From positions 46,813-110,812 of the forward strand of contig JBAZSH010000001.1 of NCBI GenBank assembly GCA_041662545.1: DNA of 64,000 bases. The letters run 5' to 3'. The notes below the pieces were generated by a model. The model did no database searches, was not told the origin of the DNA, and saw only the letters and a program-made list of their open reading frames with translations. Below, piece by piece: positions 25,970 to 38,104 of the stretch (its first letter is position 1; each line of letters opens with the position of its first letter). The DNA is from Minisyncoccota bacterium (GTDB taxonomy: Bacteria > Patescibacteriota > Minisyncoccia > Phycocordibacterales > DSPV01). Position numbers and translations under genes: made by a program.

Positions 25970-26272
25970 ATGAATCCAAATAAATCAAAAAAGGGGAAAA
26001 TGGCAATCGTCATTGTGGCAATAATTGTCGCCGCCTTTATTGGTTATTCGTTGTTTTTTTCCAGCAAGAATAGTGATTTGTCCCCACTTTTGCCACAAGA
26101 GACAGACCAAAGTCAGACGGGGAACGATTTGCTTATGATATTTGCCAAATTATCGGCACTTAACCTGGACCCGACTGTTTTACAAAATCCAGTTTTTATT
26201 TCGTTGAAGAATTTCTCGCGAGAAATTCCCAGTGAGCCTTCGGGCCGGTCTAATCCGTTTGCCCCGATTTAG
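25970..26272 (+). CDS. Small TM protein of the pilus operon (PilP-like, C-terminal NPF motif)
   Basis: 100 aa with one TM. It ends in ...GRSNPFAPI. Confidence 0.35.
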   Translation: MNPNKSKKGKMAIVIVAIIVAAFIGYSLFFSSKNSDLSPLLPQETDQSQTGNDLLMIFAKLSALNLDPTVLQNPVFISLKNFSREIPSEPSGRSNPFAPI

Positions 26273-26292
26273 TTTTATTTCATTTTTTCCAA

Positions 26293-28014
26293 ATGGGCAT
26301 TCTAGAAATTTTAGTAAAAAAAAATATTATTACCGACGAAGATGTGCCGGTAATCAAGAAGGAACTAAAAAAGCCGGGTGTTAAGCTTGACGAAATTTTA
26401 CAGGATCGCGGCGTAACGGCCACTGACCTTTTGACAATCAAGGGCGAACTTTATGGCGTGCCGATAAAGGTCTTAGACAATCAAGGTATTCCTTTTGAAG
26501 TTTTGCGTTATGTGCCAGAAGAATCAGCTATCCACTATAAACTGGCTCCGGTCGGGATTGCGGAAGGTGTTTTGGAAGTTGGTATGGTGGAGCCGGATAA
26601 TATTGAAGCTCGTGATGCTTTGAATTTTATTTCTTCGAAAGTTGATATGCCCTACAAAGTTTATCTGATTTCTCAAGCTGATTTTGAAAAAATTGCTCAA
26701 ATGTATAGAGGTTTGTCTGGCGAGGTGTCCCAAGCTTTAACGGAACTAGAGACAGAATTGTCTGGCGATCAGGCTGAATTAGCAGAGACCAGAATAGCGT
26801 CAAGTAATGAAGGTGGCACTGGCACTAGGATTATTGAAGATGCGCCGGTGACAAAAATTGTTGCTACCATTCTTCATTACGCGGTAGAAGGTAATGCTTC
26901 TGATATTCACATTGAACATCTAGGTGACAAAGTGCGAGTGCGTTTTCGAGTGGACGGTGTTTTAAATACTAGTTTGCTTTTACCACCAAAAGTTCACGCG
27001 GCGGTAGTGGCGCGAGTGAAAATTCTTTCCAATATGCGCTTGGATGAAAAACGAAAACCGCAAGACGGCCGGTTTAGCGCTCGCATTAGTGGTCGGAAAA
27101 TTGATTTTCGCGTTTCCACTTTTCCCGCTTATTACGGTGAAAAAGTGGTGATGAGGATTTTGGATTCGGAAAGAGGGGTTAAGGCCCTAGAAGAAATTGG
27201 TCTTTCCACTAGAAATCTTCAGTTGATTCGCGATGCCATTAAAAGACCTTATGGTATGGTTTTGATTTCCGGTCCGACTGGTTCTGGTAAGTCCACTACT
27301 CTTTATTCAATGTTGAATGAAGTAGACAAGGAAACGAAAAATGTTTTGAGTTTGGAAGATCCGGTGGAATACAATATGCCTGGTATGAGTCAGTCGCAAG
27401 TTCGGCCGGAAATCGGTTACACTTTTGCCACCGGTTTGCGCACCACCCTTCGTCAAGATCCGGATGTAATAATGGTAGGTGAGATTCGCGATAAAGAAAC
27501 CGCTGGTTTGGCAATTCAAGCGGCGCTGACTGGCCACTTGGTTCTTTCTACTATTCACACCAACAACGCTCTAGGTGTTATTCCACGATTATTGGATATG
27601 GGTGTTGACCCATTTATGATTCCACCAACTTTGATTTTGGCGATTGCCCAACGGCTAGTAAAAACCATTTGTCCCAATACCGGCAAATCCATCCCCGTTG
27701 AAGGCAGTATTAAGTTGATGGTAGAAAAACAATTGGCCGATTTGCCAGCCCAATATCATTTTCAAATTCCTATTGGTAAAGATGTTTTTGGAGCAATGCC
27801 TTCGCCTGAATGTCCTAAAGGCACGCGTGGTCGGACGGCAGTAGTGGAGGTTTTGGAAATGAGTCGTGATTTGGAGGCGGCGATTTTGAAGGGTGCTAGT
27901 GAGGTTGAACTTAAAAAAATTGCTCGAGCTCAAGGTATGCTGACAATGAAAGAGGACGCGCTGTGCAAGGCCTTCCGCCACGAAATTCCCTTTGAAGAAG
28001 TAAATGAGCTATAA
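26293..28014 (+). CDS. pilB: Type IV pilus assembly ATPase PilB (GspE family)
   Basis: N-terminal T2SSE_N region. Walker A GPTGSGKSTTL, Asp box and His box are present. A CxxC zinc-binding pattern is present only in degenerate form (CPNTG...CPKGTRG). Confidence 0.85.
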   Translation: MGILEILVKKNIITDEDVPVIKKELKKPGVKLDEILQDRGVTATDLLTIKGELYGVPIKVLDNQGIPFEVLRYVPEESAIHYKLAPVGIAEGVLEVGMVEPDNIEARDALNFISSKVDMPYKVYLISQADFEKIAQMYRGLSGEVSQALTELETELSGDQAELAETRIASSNEGGTGTRIIEDAPVTKIVATILHYAVEGNASDIHIEHLGDKVRVRFRVDGVLNTSLLLPPKVHAAVVARVKILSNMRLDEKRKPQDGRFSARISGRKIDFRVSTFPAYYGEKVVMRILDSERGVKALEEIGLSTRNLQLIRDAIKRPYGMVLISGPTGSGKSTTLYSMLNEVDKETKNVLSLEDPVEYNMPGMSQSQVRPEIGYTFATGLRTTLRQDPDVIMVGEIRDKETAGLAIQAALTGHLVLSTIHTNNALGVIPRLLDMGVDPFMIPPTLILAIAQRLVKTICPNTGKSIPVEGSIKLMVEKQLADLPAQYHFQIPIGKDVFGAMPSPECPKGTRGRTAVVEVLEMSRDLEAAILKGASEVELKKIARAQGMLTMKEDALCKAFRHEIPFEEVNEL

Positions 28015-28040
28015 ATAAGTTATAATCTAATTCACTAAAT

Positions 28041-28436
28041 ATGGCCGAACAAAAAAAGGAAAAAGTTTTGATAGTAGACGACGACAAGTTTCTTTTAAGC
28101 ATGTATACCGTCAAGTTTAAGAACGCTGGTTTTGAGGTAGATATGGCGAACGGTGGGGCAGAGGCGTTGAGTAAACTTCAAGATGGCAATGCGCCGGACA
28201 TTCTTATTTTAGACTTGATTATGCCCGGTATGGATGGCTATGAATTTCTGGCGAAAGTTCGGGAACAAAAATTGGTGCCAAAGGCGACGGTGGTTGTTTT
28301 AACTAATCAAGGTCAGCCGGAGGATATTGAGAAAGCCAAGAAATACAATGTCCAAGGTTACATTGTCAAAGCCAGCACCATTCCGTCGGAAGTTCTTGAA
28401 GAAGTAATGAAAATACATAAAAGTAAAAATAATTAG
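28041..28436 (+). CDS. Response regulator receiver protein (CheY/PilH-like) embedded in the pil operon
   Basis: 131 aa. VLIVDDD...DILILDLIMPGMDG...K signature. Confidence 0.8.
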   Translation: MAEQKKEKVLIVDDDKFLLSMYTVKFKNAGFEVDMANGGAEALSKLQDGNAPDILILDLIMPGMDGYEFLAKVREQKLVPKATVVVLTNQGQPEDIEKAKKYNVQGYIVKASTIPSEVLEEVMKIHKSKNN

Positions 28437-28437
28437 A

Positions 28438-29499
28438 ATGGATTATACCAAAGAACTTGAACAATTAATCATAACCGTTATTAAAGAAGGCGGTTCCGAT
28501 TTACATATTTCCGAAGGCCGGTATCCGACCATTCGGGTAACGGGCGCCTTGATCCCGCTCTTGAAGCATAAAATATTGTCCAAAGAAGACACTTTGGGCT
28601 TGGTAACAGAACTTTTAACATCAGAAAACAAGAAACAATTTTTGGAGACAAAGGAAATTGATTTTTCCTACAGTTATAAAAATGAAGCACGTTTTCGTGG
28701 TAATGGTTATTTTCAACAGGGATCCGTGGGCATCGCTTTGCGTTTGATACCTAGAAAAATTCGGACATTGGAAGAATTGAACTTGCCGCCGATTCTCTCT
28801 ACTTTTGCTGAAAAACAACAGGGTTTTTTCTTGGTGGTGGGTCCCGTTGGCCACGGCAAGACGACAACTTTGGCGGCGCTTATTGACCTCATTAATACCA
28901 ATCGGGCCGAACATATTATTACCATTGAGGATCCGATTGAATATATCTTTGAAGAAAAGCGTTCTCTGGTTGATCAACGGGAAGTGAAAGTTGATACCAA
29001 AGATTTTCAAACGGCTTTGACCGCGATGTTTCGACAGGATGTGAATATTGCGATGATTGGCGAAATGCGCGGTCTTGAGACAATTTCTGCCGCCGTTACT
29101 GCTGCCGAGACTGGCCATTTTGTTGTTTCCACTCTGCACACCAACAGCGCCGCTCAGACCATTGATAGGATTATTGATTTTTTTCCGTTTAATCAGCAGG
29201 GGCAGATTCGTTTGCAACTCGCCGAGACCTTGACCGGTATTTTTTCTCAACGATTGTTGCCGAGAATTTCCGGTGGTTTGGTGCCGGCTTATGAATTGTT
29301 AATTACTAACAATGCGGTTTCTAACTTGATTCGTGAAAAACGCACCCACGAAATTAATACTGTTATTGAGACCGGCTTAGACCAAGGAATGATTGATATC
29401 AATCGGTCGCTGTTGGATCTTGTTCGCCGTAGTGAAATCGCCGTTGCCGATGCCTATCGTTATACCACTAACTTGAAATCATTAGAGCGAATGATGTAA
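28438..29499 (+). CDS. pilT: Twitching-motility/retraction ATPase PilT
   Basis: Near end-to-end similarity to PilT (GGSDLHIS..., IEDPIEY, AAETGHFVVSTLHT). It has a variant Walker A, GPVGHGKTTT. Confidence 0.8.
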   Translation: MDYTKELEQLIITVIKEGGSDLHISEGRYPTIRVTGALIPLLKHKILSKEDTLGLVTELLTSENKKQFLETKEIDFSYSYKNEARFRGNGYFQQGSVGIALRLIPRKIRTLEELNLPPILSTFAEKQQGFFLVVGPVGHGKTTTLAALIDLINTNRAEHIITIEDPIEYIFEEKRSLVDQREVKVDTKDFQTALTAMFRQDVNIAMIGEMRGLETISAAVTAAETGHFVVSTLHTNSAAQTIDRIIDFFPFNQQGQIRLQLAETLTGIFSQRLLPRISGGLVPAYELLITNNAVSNLIREKRTHEINTVIETGLDQGMIDINRSLLDLVRRSEIAVADAYRYTTNLKSLERMM

Positions 29500-29503
29500 T
29501 TTT

Positions 29504-30712
29504 ATGCTTTTCAAATACCAAGCGATAAATAAAGACGGCCAACCAGAGCAAGGTGACATTGAAGCGATCAATCTGGAGGTGGCGATTTCTTCGCTTCAAC
29601 GCCGTGGCTTTACCTTATCTAAAATCGCGCCAGCCGAAAGCGGTTCTTTTTTCGCCAAAGATCTTTCTTTTTTTAATCGTGCTTCCAACAAAGACATTGT
29701 GATGTTGTCGCGTCAAATGTCCACGTTTTTTGAAGCTCAAGTTTCCGCTCTGCGAGTTTTTCGCTTATTGGCGGCTGAATCGGAAAAACCGGTTTTGCGC
29801 AAAACTTTGACTGAAGTTGCCGATGATCTACAAGGTGGCAGTTCCATGACCAAAGCATTAGCTAGGCATCCTAATGTCTTTTCTGAATTTTATGTCAGTA
29901 TGGTCAGGGCAGGCGAGGAATCGGGTAAATTGGATCAGACCCTATCTTATCTGGCTGATTATCTTGACCGCTCCTATGAAGTTACCTCCAAAGCTAAAAA
30001 TGCCATGATTTACCCAGCTTTTGTGGTCGTGGTTTTTATCGGCGTGATGGTTTTGATGCTGACTAAAATTATTCCTAGTATTACCCAGATTTTGAAGGAT
30101 TCGGGGCAGGAAATTCCAATTTCTACTAAAGCCGTGATTTTTATTAGCGATTTTTTGGTTAATTATGGTTTATTCTTTTTGCTGGCTATTATTGCTGGCG
30201 CGGCGCTGTTGTGGCGAATGACCCGGACACCCAATGGACGCCTCGCACTTTCTAAATTTAAACTTAAAATACCTTACCTTGGTAATCTCTATAAAAAACT
30301 TTATCTTTCTCGCATTGCTGATAATTTAAACACGATGTTGGCGAGCGCTATCCCCATTGTCAAAGCACTGGAAATTACTTCTTCAGTGGTTGGCGACGAG
30401 GTTTATCGGTCAATTCTTTATGAAGTTACCGATTCAGTTAAAGGTGGCAGTACACTTTCGGATGCTATGGGTCGTTATCCGGAAATTCCCAGTATTATGG
30501 TTCAGATGTCAAAAGTGGGCGAGGAATCTGGCGAACTTGGTACTATTCTGAAAACTTTAGCCAAATTTTATCAAAGGGAAGTTAGTAATGCGGTGGATGT
30601 GATGATTGGTTTAATTGAACCGGCAATGATTATCGCTTTGGCGGTGGGTGTTGGTATTCTGTTGACCTCGGTCCTAATGCCGATTTATGATATTGCTGGG
30701 GGAATCAATTAA
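29504..30712 (+). CDS. pilC: Type IV pilus inner-membrane platform protein PilC (GspF family)
   Basis: 402 aa with two GspF repeats (MVRAGEESGKL / MSKVGEESGEL) and three TM segments. Confidence 0.8.
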   Translation: MLFKYQAINKDGQPEQGDIEAINLEVAISSLQRRGFTLSKIAPAESGSFFAKDLSFFNRASNKDIVMLSRQMSTFFEAQVSALRVFRLLAAESEKPVLRKTLTEVADDLQGGSSMTKALARHPNVFSEFYVSMVRAGEESGKLDQTLSYLADYLDRSYEVTSKAKNAMIYPAFVVVVFIGVMVLMLTKIIPSITQILKDSGQEIPISTKAVIFISDFLVNYGLFFLLAIIAGAALLWRMTRTPNGRLALSKFKLKIPYLGNLYKKLYLSRIADNLNTMLASAIPIVKALEITSSVVGDEVYRSILYEVTDSVKGGSTLSDAMGRYPEIPSIMVQMSKVGEESGELGTILKTLAKFYQREVSNAVDVMIGLIEPAMIIALAVGVGILLTSVLMPIYDIAGGIN

Positions 30713-30812
30713 CAATGATTTATCCACAGGCGATTTGCTTGCTATTTATAAGGGTTTGGTATAATAGGAGGGTCGAAAAAATTAGTAGTTTTTATAATTT
30801 AATTTTTATTCA

Positions 30813-31175
30813 ATGAAAAATAAAGGTTTTACGCTTATAGAGCTTTTGGTGGTTATCGCGATTATTGGTATCTTGTCTTCAGTCGTGCTCGCGAGTTTGA
30901 ATAGTGCTAGACAGAAAGCGAAAGATGCGGCATTTAAAGCAGAATCACGCGGTATAGTTGCTGGTCTAATTAGTAAGTGCGATGACGGTGCCATTGTGCA
31001 AACAGATTTGGGCAGTCCTTTCACTTATGCTCCTGCGACTGCTTTTGCTACTATATCTCAAAGTTGCGGTCAAACTGGCACCGGTATTTGGAGTATGACT
31101 CTTACTGCCACCAACGGAGCTACTGCGGCCACAGATGTAGCTACTTGCAATCAAGGTGGTTGTACTTGGAACTGA
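30813..31175 (+). CDS. Type IV pilin (prepilin with N-terminal methylation motif)
   Basis: [21 protein letters not shown] carries the class III signal peptide. Confidence 0.8.
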   Translation: MKNKGFTLIELLVVIAIIGILSSVVLASLNSARQKAKDAAFKAESRGIVAGLISKCDDGAIVQTDLGSPFTYAPATAFATISQSCGQTGTGIWSMTLTATNGATAATDVATCNQGGCTWN

Positions 31176-31220
31176 CGAAATTTTCCATAGTCTTCGGCAA
31201 GGCAAGGTTTTGACAAAGCA

Positions 31221-31251
31221 GACCCCCCGATCTCGGGGGGTTTTGTTTTTT
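31221..31251 (+). terminator. Intrinsic terminator after the first pilin gene (GACCCCCCGA/TCGGGGGGTT hairpin followed by TTTGTTTTTT)
   Basis: GC stem and U-tract read directly from the sequence. Confidence 0.7.
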
Positions 31252-31284
31252 GCCAAAAGAAAATAAGTGGAGTATAATGGTGAT

Positions 31285-31719
31285 ATGAAAAAAAATGGAT
31301 TTACATTGATGGAACTTTTGGTGGTAATTGCCATCATTGGTATTTTATCTTCCATTGTAATTGCCAGTATGACTTCCGCGCGCCAGAAGGCGCGGGACAC
31401 TAAGCGGATTTCGGATGTTAAGCAACTCCAACTGGCTCTGGCGCTTTATGCTGATGCTAATAGCAATCATTATCCAACGACTCTTGGTGGTTTGGAGACA
31501 ATTTATATTCAAAAAGTTCCCAGCGGTACTTTCTTTTACGCCGCGCTGGCTTCGGTGGCTAACGGCACCCCGTGTATTAGTTATCACTTGGGTTCTACTT
31601 TGGAAGTGACTAATAATTCTGCTTTGTTGGACGACAGTGATGCTTCCGCTGGTAACAAATGCTCCGGTAGTGCCAATGATTTTGCCGGCACCGATCCAGT
31701 TTTTGATGTGAAGCCATAA
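31285..31719 (+). CDS. Type IV pilin, second paralogue
   Basis: [21 protein letters not shown] prepilin leader. The ATG at 31285 is preferred over the ORF-track start at 31267. Confidence 0.75.
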   Translation: MKKNGFTLMELLVVIAIIGILSSIVIASMTSARQKARDTKRISDVKQLQLALALYADANSNHYPTTLGGLETIYIQKVPSGTFFYAALASVANGTPCISYHLGSTLEVTNNSALLDDSDASAGNKCSGSANDFAGTDPVFDVKP

Positions 31720-31726
31720 GGAGGTT

Positions 31727-33354
<1,628 letters not shown>

Positions 33355-34299
33355 TTAGACATTAGCAATTTCTAATAATTCTTTGGTAATTTTTGCTTGG
33401 CGGGCTTTGTTGTAGGACAGGGTTAGTTCTTCAACTAATTCTACGGCATTTTGGGAAGCGTTTTTCATTGCGACCATTCGGGAAGAATGTTCCGAAGCGT
33501 TGGCTTCCAAAATAATCTGATGAGTTTCCACATAAAAAAGATGGGGTAGAAGCTGACGCAAAACTTGTTCGGCTGACGGTTCAAAAATATATGGCAAGTT
33601 GTCAGTGGTCAAGCCAAGAGCATTAGGAATACCAGAATAACGACCGCGCAAAGGGACGGTGTTTTTGACGATTTCTTCCAGAGTTTTTTCAGAAAAAGGC
33701 AGAAGTGAACGCGTTAAAACTTCCTGTTTTAAAACCGAAAGAAAATTGGTAAAGATGAAGACTACCTGATCGGTTTTTTCTTCGGCGAAGAGTTGTTCCA
33801 AAAATTTAGCAATCGGTTCGGTTTCGTTTAATTTTGCTAAATCACCGATACCTTCAAAATGTTTTAGAATACTTTTCTTTGCATATTCAAAATGGCTTTT
33901 GGCTTTTTTACCGACGGAAATTATTTGGATTTCTGTATTGGCCGGCGCGTTTTTGATAAATTCTTCGGCTCGGCGCAAAACATTGCTGTTAAACGCGCCG
34001 GCCAAACCTTTATCGGAAGTGACGACTATCAAAGCAATTTTTGTAACTGGTCGTTGAGCGAGTAGGGGAGACAATGTTGCCAAATCAGTTTCAGTTCGCA
34101 AACTGGCTGACCCGCTTAAATTTTTGAGGATTTGCAAAGCCGCTAAAGCGTAGGGTCGGGTAGCGAGCGCCGCTTGTTCACTTTTCCTCATTTTGACTGC
34201 CGCTACTGCCTCCATTGCTTTCGTTATCTGTTTGATGTTCTTGGTGGCAACAATTCTATTTTTTATTTCTCGCTCGTTTGCCATTAGATTTTTTTCCAA
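33355..34299 (-). CDS. atpG: F1 ATP synthase gamma subunit
   Basis: 314 aa. Its position and N- and C-terminal helices fit gamma. Confidence 0.85.
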   Translation of the reverse strand: MEKNLMANEREIKNRIVATKNIKQITKAMEAVAAVKMRKSEQAALATRPYALAALQILKNLSGSASLRTETDLATLSPLLAQRPVTKIALIVVTSDKGLAGAFNSNVLRRAEEFIKNAPANTEIQIISVGKKAKSHFEYAKKSILKHFEGIGDLAKLNETEPIAKFLEQLFAEEKTDQVVFIFTNFLSVLKQEVLTRSLLPFSEKTLEEIVKNTVPLRGRYSGIPNALGLTTDNLPYIFEPSAEQVLRQLLPHLFYVETHQIILEANASEHSSRMVAMKNASQNAVELVEELTLSYNKARQAKITKELLEIANV

Positions 34300-35822
34300 T
34301 AATTTTTAAGGAAGTCAGCGCAGGCATCTTTGAGGGAATTTTCGGTCTCTGGTTTGAGTTCGGTGGATTCGCGGATTTCTTTTACTAAGGCGGATTTTTG
34401 TCGGCTTAAATATGCCAAAAATTCTTTTTCGAATTTCGGCACTTCGGCAATGGCCACAGTGTCTAGAAAACCATTAACGGCGGCGAAAATAGAAGCCACT
34501 TCTTCTTCAAATGGCATATTTATAAACTGCGGTTGTTTCAAAAGTTCTGTTAGCCGAGCGCCTCGGTCAATTTTCTTTTTTGTTTCTGGATCTAAATCTT
34601 GACCAAATTGGGCGAAAGCTGCTAATTCGCGGAATTGTGCCAACTCCAAACGCAAAGTGCCGGCGACCTTTTTCATTGCCTTGGTTTGCGCCGCTGAGCC
34701 GACGCGCGAAACAGAAAGTCCAACATTGACTGCTGGTCGAATACCTTGATAGAAAAGTGAGGACTCCAAATAAATTTGACCGTCAGTGATGGAAATAACA
34801 TTGGTGGGAATGTAGGCGGAAATGTCGCCCAGTTGAGTTTCAATAATCGGCAAAGCGGTCAGCGAACCGCCACCGTAATTTTTATTTAATTTTGCCGCTC
34901 GTTCCAGCAAGCGCGAGTGCAGATAAAAAATGTCACCGGGATAGGCCTCGCGACCCGGTGGTCGGCGCAACAAAAGGGAAATTTGTCGGTAAGCGGCGGC
35001 GTGTTTGGACAAATCGTCATAAATTACCAAAGCATCTTTACCTTGAGCCATAAAATATTCGCCGATGGCAACGCCGGCATAGGGCGCGAGGTATTGGAGA
35101 GCGGCACCACTGCCGGCGCCGGCCGCCACCACTATTGTGTATTTCATCGCGCCGGTTTTTTTCAAGTGTTCAACGGTTTGAGCAACTTTAGAATCTTTTT
35201 GACCAATGGCAACATAAACGCAAATTGGTGTGCCGAAGCGAAGGTCTTTGCCTTGATTAACAATGGTATCAATGGCGATGGTGCTTTTACCAGTTTGTCG
35301 GTCGCCAATAATTAATTCTCGCTGACCTCGGCCGATGGGAATCATACCATCAATGGCTTTGATGCCAGTTTGCAGAGGCACTTTAACTGACTCACGGGTG
35401 ATGACACCGGGCGCGATTTTTTCCAAAGGACAATACTTTGTTCCGCTGTCATTTATTGAGAGTGCCGGCCCCCCGTCAATTGGTTCACCCAAAGGATTAA
35501 CTACTCGGCCGATAATTTTTTCTGACACCGGAATGGATAAAACTTTTCCAGTGCTTTTGACCGTCTGGCCTTCTTTGATTACCAGAGCGTTGCCTAAAAT
35601 TACCACACCAACTGAATCTTCTTCCAAGTTTAGAGCTAAACCTTTGGTGTTTTCTTTACCCTCAAACTCTAACAATTCTGAATACTGGACATTACTTAAA
35701 CCATGGACAATTGCTACGCCGTCACCGACTTTGGCAACCGTGCCGATATGAGCCACCGCTGGGCCAGCGCGCAAGCCCCTAATTTCATTTTTTAATTCTT
35801 CTAGAATGTTTTGTTTTTCCAT
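34284..35822 (-). CDS. atpA: F1 ATP synthase alpha subunit
   Basis: Walker A GDRQTGKS and strong overall similarity to alpha. Confidence 0.95.
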   Translation of the reverse strand: MEKQNILEELKNEIRGLRAGPAVAHIGTVAKVGDGVAIVHGLSNVQYSELLEFEGKENTKGLALNLEEDSVGVVILGNALVIKEGQTVKSTGKVLSIPVSEKIIGRVVNPLGEPIDGGPALSINDSGTKYCPLEKIAPGVITRESVKVPLQTGIKAIDGMIPIGRGQRELIIGDRQTGKSTIAIDTIVNQGKDLRFGTPICVYVAIGQKDSKVAQTVEHLKKTGAMKYTIVVAAGAGSGAALQYLAPYAGVAIGEYFMAQGKDALVIYDDLSKHAAAYRQISLLLRRPPGREAYPGDIFYLHSRLLERAAKLNKNYGGGSLTALPIIETQLGDISAYIPTNVISITDGQIYLESSLFYQGIRPAVNVGLSVSRVGSAAQTKAMKKVAGTLRLELAQFRELAAFAQFGQDLDPETKKKIDRGARLTELLKQPQFINMPFEEEVASIFAAVNGFLDTVAIAEVPKFEKEFLAYLSRQKSALVKEIRESTELKPETENSLKDACADFLKNYWKKI

Positions 35823-35830
35823 TTTAATTT

Positions 35831-36202
35831 TTAACTGATGACCTGTTTCAAATTTTCCAATCGTCCCTTGATACTATTATCAATTCTCATATCGCCGATT
35901 TGGATAATTGCACCGGCGATAAGTGATTGGTCGGTGTGCCAAGCCAACTCCACTTTTTTGCCACTGATTTTTTCCGGGAAGATTGGTTGGTTTTTTTCTG
36001 CTGTTGAGATTTTTACTTTAATCACATTTTCTTTTTGCAGGCGAATGTTTTCAAAATGCCGTTCAATATCACTTAACATTCTAGCCGCTCCTATTTTTTG
36101 AATGTAAGTGGCGAAGTGGACGAGGGTTTGTTTGTGCGCTTCCGGTTTTTCGGCTAGAAGCTCATACAAAGCGGTAGCAAGTTGTTTGGGGGAGTACCTC
36201 AT
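35831..36202 (-). CDS. atpH: ATP synthase delta (OSCP) subunit, short form
   Basis: 123 aa, placed between atpF and atpA. OSCP-like helical N-terminus. Confidence 0.65.
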   Translation of the reverse strand: MRYSPKQLATALYELLAEKPEAHKQTLVHFATYIQKIGAARMLSDIERHFENIRLQKENVIKVKISTAEKNQPIFPEKISGKKVELAWHTDQSLIAGAIIQIGDMRIDNSIKGRLENLKQVIS

Positions 36203-36693
36203 ATTTTACTGATAGCTTCTTTTTCTAATTTTTCTTGGACTTTCTTATCCAACACATCCCCCAAACTTTTCTCTATTGCTAGGGCCACCGTTGTGCCGAT
36301 TTCTTGTTTAAGCTCGCGTCGTAATTTTACTCGGTCTTCCTCTATGGTTTGTCGGCCGGCGGCGATAGTTTTTTCTGCTTCTTTTTTGGCTTCCATTACC
36401 AGCGATTCTTTTAATTCTTTGCCGGTTTTTTCTGTTTCTTTCAATAATTCTTGACCGCGTTTTCTGGCTTCGGCGAGAATTTTTTCTTCTTTAGCTGTTG
36501 TCGCTTGGATTTTTTGTTCAAGTCCCACAGCGCGTTCGGCGTCGGCCTCAATTTTTTTTCGTCTTTTTTCTAGAAGTTCCAACAATGGCCGATAAAGTAA
36601 CCAGCGCAAAACAAAAACTAAAATGCCGAAGTTTATAAGCTGGGCAATTAAAATTTTCCAATTTATTCCTAGTTCAGATAATAGCGCACTCAT
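36199..36693 (-). CDS. atpF: ATP synthase Fo subunit b
   Basis: N-terminal TM followed by a long charged coiled coil. Confidence 0.8.
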   Translation of the reverse strand: MSALLSELGINWKILIAQLINFGILVFVLRWLLYRPLLELLEKRRKKIEADAERAVGLEQKIQATTAKEEKILAEARKRGQELLKETEKTGKELKESLVMEAKKEAEKTIAAGRQTIEEDRVKLRRELKQEIGTTVALAIEKSLGDVLDKKVQEKLEKEAISKI

Positions 36694-36751
36694 TTTTAGA
36701 AATTCATAAAGGTTGAACCTTTCTTTTCCGCAAGGTTCAACCTTTTTATCT

Positions 36752-37018
<267 letters not shown>

Positions 37019-37107
37019 TTAATTGATAAAAAAAGAATGACCTCAAAAAGGGTCGATGAAAATATCATAGCAAGCGCTGACGCCGAACGCAAATTTTTTA
37101 GTGGATT

Positions 37108-37851
37108 TTAATGAGCTGGTTTTTGGGTGGCGGAGGCGAGGAAAATCATCGCCAAAACAGCGAAAATTAGAGCTTGAATGAAGCCGACAAAAAGTTCTAG
37201 TGCCAAAAAAGGCGCCGGCACGATATATGGAACGAGAAAGGCGATGATAATCAGTAAAACTTCTCCGGCGAAAACATTCCCAAATAACCGAAAAGAAAAA
37301 GAAAGAATTTTTGCAAATTCACTGATGGCTTCCAAGACGCCAACAAAAAAAGCAATGGGACTTTTGAAGGAAATAAATTTGCCGAGATGATGTTTGGCGC
37401 CGATGGAAATAAAACCGACAATATGACTCATCACCACAACAACTAAAGCCAAGGCCAGCGTCATTGCCAGGTCGGCATTGGCGGAGCGAAGTAGGGGAAT
37501 GAATTCAGTTTCGCCGCTGTGATTTTGAAATAGGCCGATGGAACCGAAGCCGGGCAAAATTCCCATCCAGTTGGCGGTTAACACAAAGAGGAAAATTGTG
37601 GCCACGACGGGGAAGAAACGAATAGCAGTTTCGCGACCGCCGGCGAGGGTGGACATAAAATCCAAAACTGCTTCTATCACCGCTTCTATCGCGTTTTGGA
37701 ATTTACCCGGAATTTCTTTAAGATTTTTAGAAAAAATAAAAGCCAGAGTAATCAAAACTATCATCGTCAGCCATGAGGCGATTAGGGTGTTGGTGATAGG
37801 GAAACCAGCAATATAAGTAATGGTTTCGGAAGTGATTGAAATCGGTGTCAT
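37108..37851 (-). CDS. atpB: ATP synthase Fo subunit a
   Basis: 247 aa, polytopic. The conserved Arg region (FSFRLFGNVFAGE) is present. Confidence 0.9.
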   Translation of the reverse strand: MTPISITSETITYIAGFPITNTLIASWLTMIVLITLAFIFSKNLKEIPGKFQNAIEAVIEAVLDFMSTLAGGRETAIRFFPVVATIFLFVLTANWMGILPGFGSIGLFQNHSGETEFIPLLRSANADLAMTLALALVVVVMSHIVGFISIGAKHHLGKFISFKSPIAFFVGVLEAISEFAKILSFSFRLFGNVFAGEVLLIIIAFLVPYIVPAPFLALELFVGFIQALIFAVLAMIFLASATQKPAH

Positions 37852-37854
37852 AAA

Positions 37855-38067
37855 TTAAAAAAGTTTCTGGACTTTCTTGAGGATGATAATAGTTGAGATA
37901 ATAATCGCCAGAAGCGATCCTGTCAAAAGGAAAATTGGGCTGGCGTGAAAAATTTTGTCAGCCCAACGACCCAAGAGCGCTAAGCCAACTAATGGCAAAG
38001 CGATGGTCCAACCGACCTCAAAGGCCAGTGGCAAAAGTTTTTGTTCTTTGCTTTTTTTGTTTTCCAT
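37855..38067 (-). CDS. Small membrane protein upstream of atpB (AtpI/AtpZ-like position)
   Basis: 70 aa with two TM helices. It is the first gene of the atp operon. Confidence 0.35.
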   Translation of the reverse strand: MENKKSKEQKLLPLAFEVGWTIALPLVGLALLGRWADKIFHASPIFLLTGSLLAIIISTIIILKKVQKLF

Positions 38068-38104
38068 GCTGGAATTATACCATTTTTAGCGCTATACTGC
38101 CGAA

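Noticed and set aside
28621-29250. 209-aa minus-strand ORF inside pilT, and similar antisense ORFs inside atpA/atpD/rpoB/rpoC/pilM (e.g. 32151-32615, 34917-35315, 23963-24376, 57410-57670)
   Set aside because: These are shadow ORFs on the opposite strand of strongly supported conserved genes. They have low-complexity composition and no motifs.
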